Assembly: GCF_006345805.1 (NCBI RefSeq)
Contig: NC_043013.1
Coordinates: 27,590,001 to 27,654,000 of the forward strand
Reading direction: 5' to 3'
Source of the DNA: Octopus sinensis
Lineage: Eukaryota
DNA: 64,000 nucleotides
The translations under genes were made by a program, and so were the position numbers. Below are positions 1 to 12,102 of the stretch, piece by piece. The notes below the pieces were generated by a model. It was given only the letters and a program-made list of their open reading frames with translations. It was not told the DNA's origin and did not search any database. Position 1 is the stretch's first letter, and the number at the start of each line of letters is the position of its first letter.

Positions 1-416
1 TTTTTTGTAAATACAAATTAACTTAGACTTCATCTCTTTCAAGTTGATAAACTAATTATTGGCAATATATTGGTGCCAGTTCAATCAGTTCAACTTTTCC
101 AGTTCAAAGGTTAATGCTGTATCTAATCAAAATTAATTTATATTTGTAATAATGCCTATTTTGTTGGACCGCTAAGTTACAGGGATGTAAACACATCAAC
201 ACCGATTGTTAAACAGTGGTAGGGGACAAACACAGACACACACACATATGACGGGCTTCTTTCAGTTTCCATCTACTAAATCCACCCACAAGGCTTTGGT
301 CAGCCTGAGGCTATAGTAGAAGATACTTGCCTAAGGTGCTATGCAGTGGGACTGTACCTGGAACCATGAGGTTCAGAAGCAAGCTTCTTACCACACAGCC
401 ACTCCTGCACCTATGT

Positions 417-458
<42 letters not shown>

Positions 459-1430
459 GGTGGGCTTCTTTCAGTTTCTGCCTACCAAATCCACTCACAA
501 AGCATGGCAAATAGAAGACACTCGCCCAAGGTCCCACACAGTGGGACTGAATGAGTAGAAGACACTCGCCCAAGGTTCCACATGGCGGGATTGAACCCTG
601 AACCATGTGGTTGGGAAGCAAGCTTCTTACCACACAGCCATGCCTAAAAAAAAAAAAAATGATAAAGATGAAAAAGCCTAACTGAAAATGATGTGAGTTA
701 AGGTATGCCTGTATTAATCTTCTTTTTTCATCTCATCATGATCTGATACTAAAACTTGATTAATGCTCATAAAATATAGCACCTTCATTATGCATCTGAA
801 GTATCGAGACAGTTTTCAGAAATATACAAAAGTAAGATGACAACAACTATAAAACAAAAATATCAAAATAAATGTCCAAAAATCTGATATGCAGCATCAG
901 AAATAAAGTTATCATTTTTCACACAATCTCATCTTTCTTTTTCTTCTCTCTTTTTATTTGTTTCAGTCACTGGATTGCAGCCATACTGAAGCACTGCCTC
1001 AGTAGTTATTTATTTTTAATGTTTGTTATTTATTCCATCAATCCCTTTTTTTTTCACATCCCCTCATAAATTAGTGGCTCAACTGAGTTAGGGGGGATGT
1101 AAACAAACCAACACTGTCAAATGACAATGGTGTTGATGGGAACAAATTGAAAGACACAGAAACATGACAAGCTTCTACATAGTTTCCATCTACCAAATTC
1201 ACTCACAGGACATTGGTCAGGTCTTGAGACTTATCCACAACCACATGGTTGTAAAGTAATCTTCTTAACAGCCACAAAGCCATGCCTGCACTTGCGGTTA
1301 ATTTTTTCTTTTTTCTTTAAATCTCATCAGTTTGACCTTCCGTAATCAACAAGTGTTACATTCTGAATTATAGTTTCTAAGATAGACATGAGACCAGAAA
1401 TGTAAGAGCAATGAAAGCAGTTGGTCAAAT

Positions 1431-1692
1431 CAGTGGTTCCCAAACTTTTTTGGGCTGCTGCTCGCATTGACACTCAAACCATATTCCAAGACCCTCGCCC
1501 CATCAGCACCACAAACGTAGACCATTTTCTGCAGCAAATTTAAAACAACAGTAGTTCACAAATAAAACTTAACCGAATTAACCCATTATTTTTTGGGGTG
1601 TTTATGTGTGTGGGGTTACATCCATTGCCCCATTTTGGCCACCCTACTATTGCCCCACTTGATCTTTCCACTGCCCACTTTGAGAACCACTG
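1431..1692. mobile_element. hAT-type MITE
   Basis: TIRs cagtggttcccaa / ttgagaaccactg; degenerate 8-bp TSD ggtcaaat / gattaaat; no coding capacity. Confidence 0.7.
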
Positions 1693-3044
1693 GATTAAAT
1701 TAATACTTGATGTGTTCTTTATATTATAAACACTAGAAAGATGAAAGGCAGAGTAAGATTAGCTAGAGATTGAACTCAGGATTTAAAGAGGCAAAACAAA
1801 CACAGCCTCACAACCGTGTCTGATGTTCCATCAATTCTGTCAATCCCCTCCTCATTAGTGAATATACACAATTCCAGACTGATGTCTTTATTTCTAAGCT
1901 AAGAGTTCAGATAATAGGTACAATTTCTTTTATTATATTTGTTTCACTCATTACCTGTGGCCATACTGGGGCAGTGACTTGAAGAATTTTTAGTTGAATG
2001 AATTGACCCTAAAACTTTTTTTTTTTTTCTTAAAGCCTAGTTCTTATTTTGTCGGTCTCTTTTGAGACCGATAGAGTAAGCACAATTAATGTTACAACTT
2101 TTGGTTATTCCTTTTTATCTTTTAGTAAAGGCAGCTATATTGAGGTTGTATCTGTATTAGTGGCCTAGGAGATATCACCATCATCATCATCATGCTTATC
2201 ATTTAATGTCCACTTTTCCATGCTTAGTTGGGTCAGAGGGAGTTTATTTAAGGCAGATTTTTCCATGGTCAGATGCCCTTTCTGTAACCAACCCTCAGGT
2301 GTTTCCAAGTGAAATAATATTTTTCCGAGACCAGATATGTCCTTGTGGAATATTGAAAATGAATGACACTGCTTGTGTGATGGTGACACTCATTTACAGC
2401 TATCACACAATGTCAAACACACACACAATATGATGGGTTTCTTTCAATTTCTATCTACCAAATACACTTACAGAGCTTTGGTTGGCCTGGGGCTATAGCA
2501 GAAGACACATGCACAAAGTACCACACATGTAGTTTGAAAGCAAACTTTTTTACCACACAGCCACACCTGTGCCTATAACTGCAGAAACAAAGGTTCCTAG
2601 TTCGAATCTAGATGATATTGTGTAGATGTAAATGTATCAAGATGAGGTTAATAATCTGAAATGATATGACTTTAGAAATAATAATTTTCTGGGAAATCTA
2701 TAAGGGCTTTTTATATTTCCTTTCCACACCAACAAAGCATAAGACCCTCGGCATAATGACTATTTGCCCATGACATAATGACTATTTGCCAATAAAGCAG
2801 CAAAGAAATGAAAATATATAAATATATATAAATACACAATCCCCTAGCTGAAGCAAAAAAAAGGAAAAGACTTGCTAAAAAAGTGCTAGGGAATTTTTCA
2901 GACTCCCTTCAAAAAAATTTTTTTTAAACTTCCTTGTTAAAAAATAGTTCAAAGCTAAAACCTTAATTCGTTATATTTTTTGAGTAATGTAAATTTCCCT
3001 TTTCTCCTTGGAAATTGTTAAAAGAAATTCATTAGTTCAGTCCG

Positions 3045-3071
3045 TTATAATTCTTCATGTGTTTTCTTTGG
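3045..3071 (-). CDS. POGLUT2: POGLUT2-like terminal coding exon: PKKTHEEL-stop (ER retrieval signal)
   Basis: Long pyrimidine tract ttttctttcttttttttag|cca aag aaa aca cat gaa gaa tta taa; phase 0; HEEL is a KDEL-type motif. Confidence 0.85.
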   Translation of the reverse strand, partial: PKKTHEEL

Positions 3072-3123
3072 CTAAAAAAAAGAAAGAAAATATTGAATAT
3101 TATTATAGTGGATCAACATGAAA

Positions 3124-3344
3124 TTAACCCTTTAGTATTTAAACTGGTCATATCCAGCCCAAATATTCTACCTCTTTTGTAGTTAAACTGGCCAGATGTG
3201 GCCTCTCACACCTACCCTACAATGTCATTCTAAGCATTAACAGCTACCTCATCAAAGCTACAAGATATATTACATGATTAATTAAAGACATATGAATAAA
3301 TAAGCATTACTTTTGACAAAACAATGTGAATGCTAAAGGGTTAA
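3124..3344 (+). mobile_element. piggyBac-type MITE family 1
   Basis: ttaa-ccctttag ... ctaaaggg-ttaa: CCC/GGG termini with TTAA TSD. Orientation is defined relative to this copy. Confidence 0.8.
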
Positions 3345-3363
3345 ACAAAAAAGAAAAAAAATA

Positions 3364-3512
3364 GAAATTGTACAGTTCTATATTTAAGAGATGAGGAATT
3401 AAGTACATTATTTACATTTGATGGATATTTGTCTTCATCTTGTTTGATGTTAACACCTTCATCAGGTGTCTTGGGGAAATTTTGAACCTGGGTTCTCATT
3501 CCTAAGGTATTT
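3364..3512 (-). mobile_element. Penelope-like terminal repeat arm (hammerhead core partly deleted)
   Basis: Reverse complement matches 3835..3980 but lacks about 25 nt between ctgatgaagg and tgttaac. Confidence 0.6.
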
Positions 3513-3834
3513 TCCAATGATGTTGTTGTTGTTGGTCTTCTTCCTCCTCCTCCTCCTCCTTCAGGTCACTGACTGGAATCGAACTCAGAATCTTGGGGTT
3601 AGTAGCTCAAGCAGTGACCAGAATAATCCCTCTCTCTCTTTCGGAGAGGCACTGAGCAGCTATATGCACACATACACACACGGCAGTAACTTCTGCCTAC
3701 CGAATTCAATCACAAATCTTCGGTCGGCTCGGGGTTATAGTGGAAGACACCTACCCAAAGTGCCATGCAGTGGGACTGAACCCGAAACCATGTAGCTAGG
3801 AAGCAAGCTCCCTAACCACACAGCCAATAATATC

Positions 3835-3980
3835 AAAAAATACCTTAGGAATGAGAACCCAGGTTCAAAAATTTCACCACAACACCTGATGAAGGCTGGG
3901 GGGTATATCAACCGAAACGTGTTAACAACAAACAAGATGAGGACAAATATCCGTGAAATGTAAATAATGTAAATAATAGA
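3835..3980 (+). mobile_element. Penelope-like terminal repeat arm with hammerhead-like motif
   Basis: aacac-CTGATGA-a-ggctgg...tcaacc-GAAAC-gtgtt. PLE assignment is inferred from the motif. Confidence 0.6.
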
Positions 3981-4053
3981 AATAATGTTTTCACAAGTGC
4001 AACATACCATGTCAAAACTTACACACTGGATGAGAGGCTTCAACACTTGGGTA

Positions 4054-4278
4054 GTAATCCTTTAGCATTCAGATTACTCTGCCAAATTTGATGCTTATTT
4101 ATTCACATTGTTTTGAATTAGTCATACACTATGTCATAGCTTTGAGATTTCAATGAAGTGGCTGTTTATTTTACCAGTGACATAGTAGGGTAGGTGTGAG
4201 AAGCCAAATCTGGCCAGTTTTAACAAAACAGGTAGAATATAAGAGCTGGATATAACCAATTTAAATTCCACGGGTTAC
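4054..4278 (-). mobile_element. piggyBac-type MITE family 1 (opposite orientation)
   Basis: Reverse complement aligns along its length with 3124..3344; ends are degenerate. Confidence 0.75.
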
Positions 4279-4709
4279 AAATGGGATCATCTCAATGAAT
4301 GGAATAGAAGCATTTGAAGTCTAAGTACACAAATATCGTTTTTATCCTTTTACCTTTGTCGTTACAGTGAATCAGTGATTAACTAGTTGGACATCTCTAT
4401 CATTTCACGGGTCTAATGATATGAATTACACATCATATATCTCAATTAGATTCCACAGTCTTTTCATAATAAAACAAACAGATAATTAATGGTTGCCAGG
4501 TGACAGTGCAGGGCTACTGATGTCATTAACTTAACTGATACTCCGTTGGTTATGAAGATGAAGGTTTTCCAGTTGATCCGATTAATGGAACAGACTGCTC
4601 GTGAAGTTAACATGCAAGTGGCTGAGCACTCCACAGACAAGTGTACCTTTAACATAATTCTCAAGGAGATTCAGCTTGACACAGAATGTGACAAGATCAG
4701 CCCTTTGAA

Positions 4710-4939
4710 GGCGTCGAGATGGTAGAAACGTTAGCACGCTGGGCGAAATGCTTAGTGGTATTTCGTCTGCCATTACATTCTGGGTCCAAATTCCGCCGAG
4801 GCCGACTTTGCCTTTCATCCTTTCGGGGTCAATAAATTAAGTACCAGTTATGCACTGGAGTTGTTGTAATCGGCTTAATCCCTTTGTCTGTCCTTGTTTG
4901 TCCCCTCTATGTTTAGCCCCTTGTGGGCAATAAAAAAAT
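4710..4939 (+). mobile_element. tRNA-type SINE family A (young copy)
   Basis: gactttgcctttcatcctttcggggtc.ataaattaagtacc core; 17-bp TSD aagatcagccctttgaa (4693..4709 / 4940..4956); inserted in a family C SINE. Confidence 0.88.
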
Positions 4940-7110
4940 AAGATCAGCCCTTTGAATTACAAGTACAAGCCATTTTTGCCAGCTGAGTGGACTGGGACCA
5001 CATGAAATAAAGTGTCTTGCTCAAGGACACAATGTGCTGCTGGGGACTGAACTCACAACCTTACAATTGTGAGCCAATTACCCTAACCACTAAGCCATGA
5101 GCCTTCACACTGATGTCATTGTCATAAGTTAAAAATTTTACTAAACACAATTTTTCTCAGACCAACTTGGGAAATAGAACTTAAATGACACTGTGTGCTT
5201 CTCTGTTTACTGTTACAAAGTTCACAAAACCAACAGAACAGGTTCTAGCTCTTTCCTTGCATTTGAATACTTAGTATTAAGTAGAACATCATAATTGTTT
5301 TAACTTTTCCATGATTGCCTGGGTCAGATGGAATTTGTTGAGGTAGATATTCTACTCTTGTTGTTGCTAACCCTCACCTGCTTCCCAGCAAAGTAACATT
5401 TTCCCAAGGCTGGACAAGTCTTTCATAGATGACTGGAAATAGCGTCACTTGTGTGACAGTGGTGCTTGTTTACAACTATGAAGTCAAGAGAAGGGTACAT
5501 GCGAACACACACATATACATACGACAGGCTTCTTTCAGTTTCCGCCTACCAAATCTACTTCATTTTCCCAAGATGCCATGCAGTGAGACAGAACTCCAAG
5601 TCATAAGGTGTGTGTGTGTGTGTATGTGTGTGTGTGTGTGATTGTCTTTGCGATTGTCTCCCATCACTGCCTGACAACGAGTGGTGGTTTGTTTACATCC
5701 TTGTAACATAGTGGTTCAGCAAATTACATTGACAGAATAAGTATCAAGCTTAAAAATAAGCATCGGAGTTGATTTGTTTGACTAAACACTTCAAGGTGGT
5801 GCCCCAGCATGGCTGCAGTCCAATGACTGAAACAAGTAAAAGGTAAAGATATAGTGTTCAGCCGAAAACTTCTTTCATTCACCACACACAAGGCCCATTG
5901 TTGTAGAGGTGGTGTATTATAGTCAACTGAGTCAGCAGTAGTGTCTAATGCTGTTGTTGTTGTTGATAAGACCCAAACCAAACGAGGTTAAGCAGACTTA
6001 TGATCAGAAGTGTTTCAGTCCTGGCTATTCTGTCTTTTCGTATATCTGTGGTGAGCTGGCAGAACTGTTAGCATGCTGGACGGAATGCTTAGCAGTATTT
6101 CACCTGTTGCTACATTCTGAGTTCAAATTCCGCCAAGGTTGACTTTGCTTTCCATCCTTTCGGGATCAATAAATTAAGTACCAGTTGCATATAATCAACT
6201 GGACCCTCCCCCAAAATTTTGGGCCTTGTGGTTAGAGTAGAAAAGAATATAAAAATATCTACATATTTAAGAAAGTGGTGAGCCGGCAGAAATGTTAGCA
6301 CGCCGGGTGAAATGCTTAGCAGTATTTCATCTGTCTTTATGTTCTGAGTTCAAATGCTGCCAAGGTCAACTTTGCCTTTCTTCCTTTCGGGGTTGATAAA
6401 TTAAGCACCAGTTGCATACTGGGATCGATCTAATTGACTGGCCTCCTCCCTCCAAAATTTTGGGCCTTGTGCCTAGAGTAGAAGAGATTATGGCTGGGTT
6501 CCAATCCAGGCTTCAGCAACAGAGTCCACCTGTCACACTTCTCGGTCCATCATCACTGCCTCAAGGCCCTGGATACATTCCAGGCCAGTGTTTGCAACCG
6601 ATGGAAATGTGATGAGGTTTCCCTCTTCTTACATCACCATGCAGTGGGTTCCACAAGACTAATTTGGATGCTTACAGTTTACTAGGACTACATTGTGTTT
6701 CCTTTCTACGACAATACAACATGGTTTGAGAGTGATTTGTTACTGTCTCCTTGCCATGATATCACATGATAGTTGTAAATGAGTGTCACTGTCATACAAG
6801 CGGTGTCATTCATTTCTAACCTTCTATGAAATCATGTCTGGCCATGGAGAGATACTACCTTACTTGGAATCAGGTAAGGGTTGGTGTCAGGAAGGGCATC
6901 CAGCCATAAAAAAAAATCCACCTCAATAAACTCTGCCCAACCCATGCAAGCATGGAAATATGGACATAAAGAAGGTGATGATGATGTTAACTGATCTTTC
7001 TACTGTTTTCCAATTTACATCTGCTTCTACTTAAATAACTAATGTCATGGTAGTAGAGAAGCTGAATATTATTAGTAACAGTCACACAAATGAAATAAAG
7101 ACAATAATAC

Positions 7111-7215
7111 CTTCTTTCTATGGCACTGGCAGTATGAATCATGGTCTGAAGGTTGGTCAACTTTAGTGAAAGTACTGTCTGGTGCTGGTTTGGATTTGAG
7201 AAGTTTTGAGTATTT
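7111..7215 (-). CDS. POGLUT2: POGLUT2-like exon: KYSKLLKSKPAPDSTFTKVDQPSDHDSYCQCHRKK
   Basis: Acceptor ttattttctccag|aaa, donor aag|gtatta; 105 nt; C-x-C-HRKK as in the KDELC1 tail. Confidence 0.88.
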
Positions 7216-9429
7216 CTGGAGAAAATAAGAATAAAAGACAAATTAATTCAAAGAAAAATATTTCAAGTTTTTTTTTTTTTAATTAATAAAATTAATTAAT
7301 AGAGTTGTTATTGATCAGTTTCTGATATAGTTGATCTATTATCCTCTACTTGTTTTAGTCATTAAACTATGGCCATGCTGGGGCACTGCCTTGAAAAGTT
7401 TAGTCAAACAAATTCACCCTGGTGAAAGAAGTGACCCAGGACAGAACTGGCAGGAGAACACTGATCCATTGAGTAACCGAGAGCCGACTTTGACTGAGCA
7501 GATAGATAGATTACTTTTGTAAAATCTGGTACTTATTCTGCTGGTTTCATCTGCCAAATCCTTAAATTCAAGGACATAAATGATCCAACACCAGTTGTCA
7601 AGCAGTGCTGGAACACACACACACACACAACACACATGTATATATTTCGTGACAGTTTCTACACGGTTTCCCTTTAGCAAATCCACTCACAAGGCTATCC
7701 CTTTGCCTGGTTTAGTCAAATTTCGATTGATGTCCAATATTTTAATTCCAGGTTTGTCCCTGTTAACACGGGCGGCTGGATCTACCTCACTCTTACAGCA
7801 ACTGCTCTCACACTATCTTGCCCAGTTTTGGGCATCCTCCCTCCTCAAGTCAACCTTCCCAATCTCTTCCACCTGTCCCTTCCATGTTTTCTGTGGTCGC
7901 CCTCACTTTTGTGGTTCATATTTACAAATGAAAAAATAAACAATGAATTCATACAATAAAAATAATGATTTAAATTTATTGGAAAGTGAACATTAAAATG
8001 AATTTGTTGCTGTAAAGAGTTTCTGGTATAGTTTAGCTAAACTTACGCACTTATAAAGTATGAATAATGTATAGATTTATTTTTATCAGTATAACAATAA
8101 GTTATAACAATTAGATAATTGAATAGAAGCCCCACCTATTAGATAAACCACCTGCTAGAAAAACTGAGTCAGCAGTAGTGTCTAATGCCGTTGTTGTTGT
8201 TGATAAGACCCAAACCAAATGGTTGAACTGTTTCCTTTTAGCGCGCATGTGTGTGTGTGTACTATATGCAGGTTAGCCTTACATTAATACACTTATGATC
8301 AAAAGTGCTCTAGCTGTAATCCTCCTCTAATTTCTTTCTCTTAACTATTTGTCTTTCTCTTAAAAGACAAGTAAGGTGTGATTTGAATGGAATTAGGCTT
8401 CAATCTCTCATAGGCCAAGTGACGACAGATGTTTCCCTATTAAAATTTTAAGTGATGGGAAATGGAATAACTTGTAAATTTTTGTTGTCTTTACATTTAC
8501 TTTAGCAATGTAAGTAACACATCTTAAATTGGCATTCCAGGAGTCAACAAAATTAACAAAGAACTGATATATTTGACAAAATTAACCATAGCAACCAACA
8601 ATAGGCAAGTTCAATACTCTGTCATGGTAATACAGGGATAATCACAAAGGAGGCTCGACAAATTATGACTGCATCAGTATAAACTGGCCATCTTTTACTT
8701 GTTTCAGTCATAGGACTGTGACCATGTTGGGGCACCACCTTGAAGATTTTAGTTGAACAAATTTCTCTCAGAATTTGTTTTTTAAGCCAAGTACTTATTC
8801 TCTTTAGCCAAATTGCCAAGTTATAGGGATATAAACAAACCAACATTGGTTGTCAAAGGTTAGTGAGGAGGAGTGGCAAACACATACAAAGAATACACAC
8901 ACACATAAGATGGGATTCCACACAGTTTCCACCAACTGAATTCACTCAGAAGGTATTGCTTGGCCCAGGGCTATAATAGAAGAAACTTATCCAAGGTGCA
9001 ATGCAATGAGACTAAACCCAAAGCTATGTAGTTTTAACATGTGCTTCTTAACGACACAGCCAAGTCTGCACCCAGGAAATCATACAAACATAGTTTCATT
9101 TCTGATATGTCTGATGCCTATGTAGGAAATCCTAACTGACATCATTGAGCAAAACACTTGGCCCCTTTACTCCAAGAATATGCTTAACCTTTAGCACACT
9201 GTAGGTGCATTATGTCACCATATGAATTTTCTCCCCTGTAGTAACAGGGCAGTGGCAGGGGCAACACTTCTAGAGAAAATGCAATGTGCTAAAGGTTAAT
9301 GCTCACATCACAGACTCTTGAAGAGATGAAATGTAAAAACCAACTGTAGCATATCTCAAATTCAAAACAGAAAGATGAAACCGAACACTGTAAGGTTTCC
9401 CAGATCAATGGCCTTTTTTTTTGCTATAT

Positions 9430-9640
9430 TTCAAAGCATGCATAGCTCAGAAATCAGGGAGTCTCTCCAGTCAAGCTGTTGCTTCTCATTGGTATTAGGG
9501 ACATATGATAAGAATGTATCAGAAAAGAATTCCTAGACAGATTCTTCAAGCCAAGTCATATGATATTTATTCTACTGGGCAGACCTAGAATGGCATGGTT
9601 GGATAATATCCATAGTCTCAGTTGGTCAAACTTGGGAAAC
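9430..9640 (+). mobile_element. Degenerate RTE LINE C-terminal fragment
   Basis: Translates to RMYQKRIPRQILQAK...GRPRMAWLDNIHSLSWSNLG-like; same family as 14290..15000. Confidence 0.55.
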
Positions 9641-9669
9641 CAGTCAGAAGGTGTAGTGGTAGCTACCTC

Positions 9670-11182
9670 TGATGCGTAATGTCAGTGTGCATGCATGACA
9701 GAGTGTTAGTGTCCAGAGAGAAAAGTTGGGCATAAGAGGCATTAAATACAGTGTGCAAGAGAGTTGACTGTGCTGGTATGGTCGTGTGATGTGTATGGAT
9801 GAGGACAGCTCATGAAGAAGTGTCGCACTCTAATGGTGGAGGGAACCTGTGGAAGAGGTAGATCCAGGAAGACATCATCATCATTGTTCGACCGTGGTCG
9901 AGACAATGGAATTTACCATGTTACGCCAAGCTTCACAGTCCATCATGGTATTACGGAGGTCCTGTTGCTGGATGCCTGTATCCCTGGAGATTACATCAGG
10001 GTAGGAGAGTGTGCGCCCTCTGGTATTGCAAGTAGATGGCTTCCAGAGGAGAAGAGTAGAAATTAACACTTTTTCAGCTATACAACAATGTCCAGAAAAC
10101 TGGACTCTCCTACCTTTCACAAGAGATGACACAGGTGGTAGTTTCCCATATATTTGCATTTTGGTTGGATGGTGCTTCCACGAGAGATTTTGAGCTCTCA
10201 TAAGGAGGCGAGTGTAGGTTCCATCCAACTGCCTCTCAGGCTTCTTTGATAATGTCCAGGTTTCTGAGCCATATAGTAGAATTGGTTCGACTGTGGCTTT
10301 GAAGATTTCAAGTTTGAAGTCTCTACTTAGATTTGATGACCAGATCTTATGCATGTCATTACAGGCTGACCAGGCCATACCCTTTCTAGTTAGAAAATCT
10401 TTTCCAGATGATGATATGTATGACCCAAGATATTTGTAATCAGAAACCATATTTAAGGGCGCATTGTTGAGAGTATGGATGATGCAATCACTGTTGGACA
10501 GGCACTTGTTTATATATTCAGTCTTGGCCTCAATGAGGTAAAGACCTACACAATCTCTCGAACAAGCCTCAAGGAAGACATAGGACGAGATGTTAAAGTG
10601 CTATCTCCAAATGTTGGGCAATGACAAGTGACTGAGACCTTTGGTGATATACCATAATTGAGAAGACCCATCAAGCCAAGTGAGATCAGAGTTGTGGCTG
10701 ATGACAGTGCCGTGTAACCGACCCGTTAAAAGCACCCTTCAATCGTTGGGTGATATGATGTGCTTGTGAACACCTGTTGAGCTGAGTGAATTCATAGTTG
10801 TGGCCGATACCAGTGCCATCTGACTGGCATCTGTGCTGGCAGCATGTAAAAAGCACCGTTCAAGTGTTGGGCCTCATGGAGGCAGTGACAAGTGATCAAG
10901 ACCTTTGGCAATATACTATGCTGTGTAGACTGTAAAACCAAGTTAGACCGTAGGTGTGGCTGATGTTGGTATCAGGTAAATGACACCCATGCTGGTGGCA
11001 CATAAAATACACCTGCTACACTCTCAGAGTGGTTGGCATTAGGGAGGGTATCCAGCTGTAGAAACTTTGCCAAATCAGATTGGAAGCTAGTACAGCTCCC
11101 TGGCTTACCAGTTTTCACTCAGGTCAACCAACCCATGCCAGCATGGAAAACGGATGTTAAATGATGATGATGATGATGATGA
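9670..11182 (+). mobile_element. RTE-clade LINE family A, 5'-truncated 3' end, split by a nested LINE
   Basis: Encodes CVKKCRTLMVEGTCGRGRSRKT then resumes at 10572; ends ggatgttaaat(gat)n. Confidence 0.8.
9876..10571 (-). mobile_element. RTE-clade LINE family B, 5'-truncated, nested in family A
   Basis: ORF 9881..10450 with YKYLGS...EPILLYGSETWTL...GH C-terminal RTE motifs; (gat)n tail; 10-bp TSD aggaagacat at 9866..9875 and 10572..10581. Confidence 0.88.
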
Positions 11183-11202
11183 CGGTACTACCTTACAGAA
11201 GA

Positions 11203-12102
11203 GGTGGCGAGCTGGCAGAATTGTTAGCACGCTGGGCAAAATGCTTAGCGGTATTTCGTCTGCCACTACGTTCTGAGTTCAAATTCTACCGAGGTCAACT
11301 TTGCTTTTCATCCTTTCAGGGTTGATAAATTAAGTACCAGTTATGCACTGGGGTCGATGTAATTGACATAATCCCTTTGTCTGTCCTTTTTTGTCTCCTT
11401 TATGTTTAGCCCCTTGTAGGCAATAAAGAAATAAGAAGAGGTGCTTGAGGACTCTACCCATTGGACCCTCCTAGGAATAGTGGGCAGAAAAGATGGATGG
11501 ATGGGTTGATGCCATACTTTCTTGTGTGTCATGTCTGTCTTTTTATTTGGTATTTCATAGTTCCTAAATGTTTTGATTCAGTCAGCCATATTGATTCTGC
11601 TTTGGAACGGCAAGTTCAAACAGATCCACAATGAGTATTTCTTCATAGTCCTTGTTCATTCTCATAAGACTCACAAATCATTCAGTACTACCAGGAACCA
11701 TACTGAGTATCTGTTTGAAAGCCAATGAGGGAGTGTTTGTATGGGTGCTTGACAGATAGTTGGCTGCTAGAAACAGCAGCTAAATACCCCTCAACAATAC
11801 CCTTTGTACTGTCTCATAAAAGGACACAGTAGATTATGTTGTCTGTGATACATTATTTCACAAGAAACAACATATTTCTTTATTACCCACAAGGGGCTAA
11901 ACACAGAGGGGACAAACAAGGACAGACATAGGTATTAAGTCGATTACATCGACCCCAGTTCGTAACTGGTACTTAATTTATCGACCCCGAAAGGATGAAA
12001 GGCAAAGTCGACCTCGGCGGAATTTGAACTCACAACGTAACGCAGACGAAATACCGCTAAGCATTTCGCCCGGCGTGCTAACGTTTCTGCCAGCTCGCCG
12101 CC
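11203..12102. mobile_element. SINE family A pair: 11203..11435 plus, 11873..12102 minus
   Basis: Both near full length; the minus copy has a 17-bp TSD tttcacaagaaacaaca. Confidence 0.88.

Noticed and set aside
2752-2790. Small tandem duplication cataatgactatttgcc in the presumed 3'UTR (similar triplet at 17418..17466)
   Set aside because: Ordinary slippage-type duplications with no evidence of function.
4710-4800. tRNA-like sequences with A/B boxes (here and at many SINE heads)
   Set aside because: They are SINE 5' heads that continue into SINE bodies; no cloverleaf with an acceptor stem, so no tRNA gene is called.
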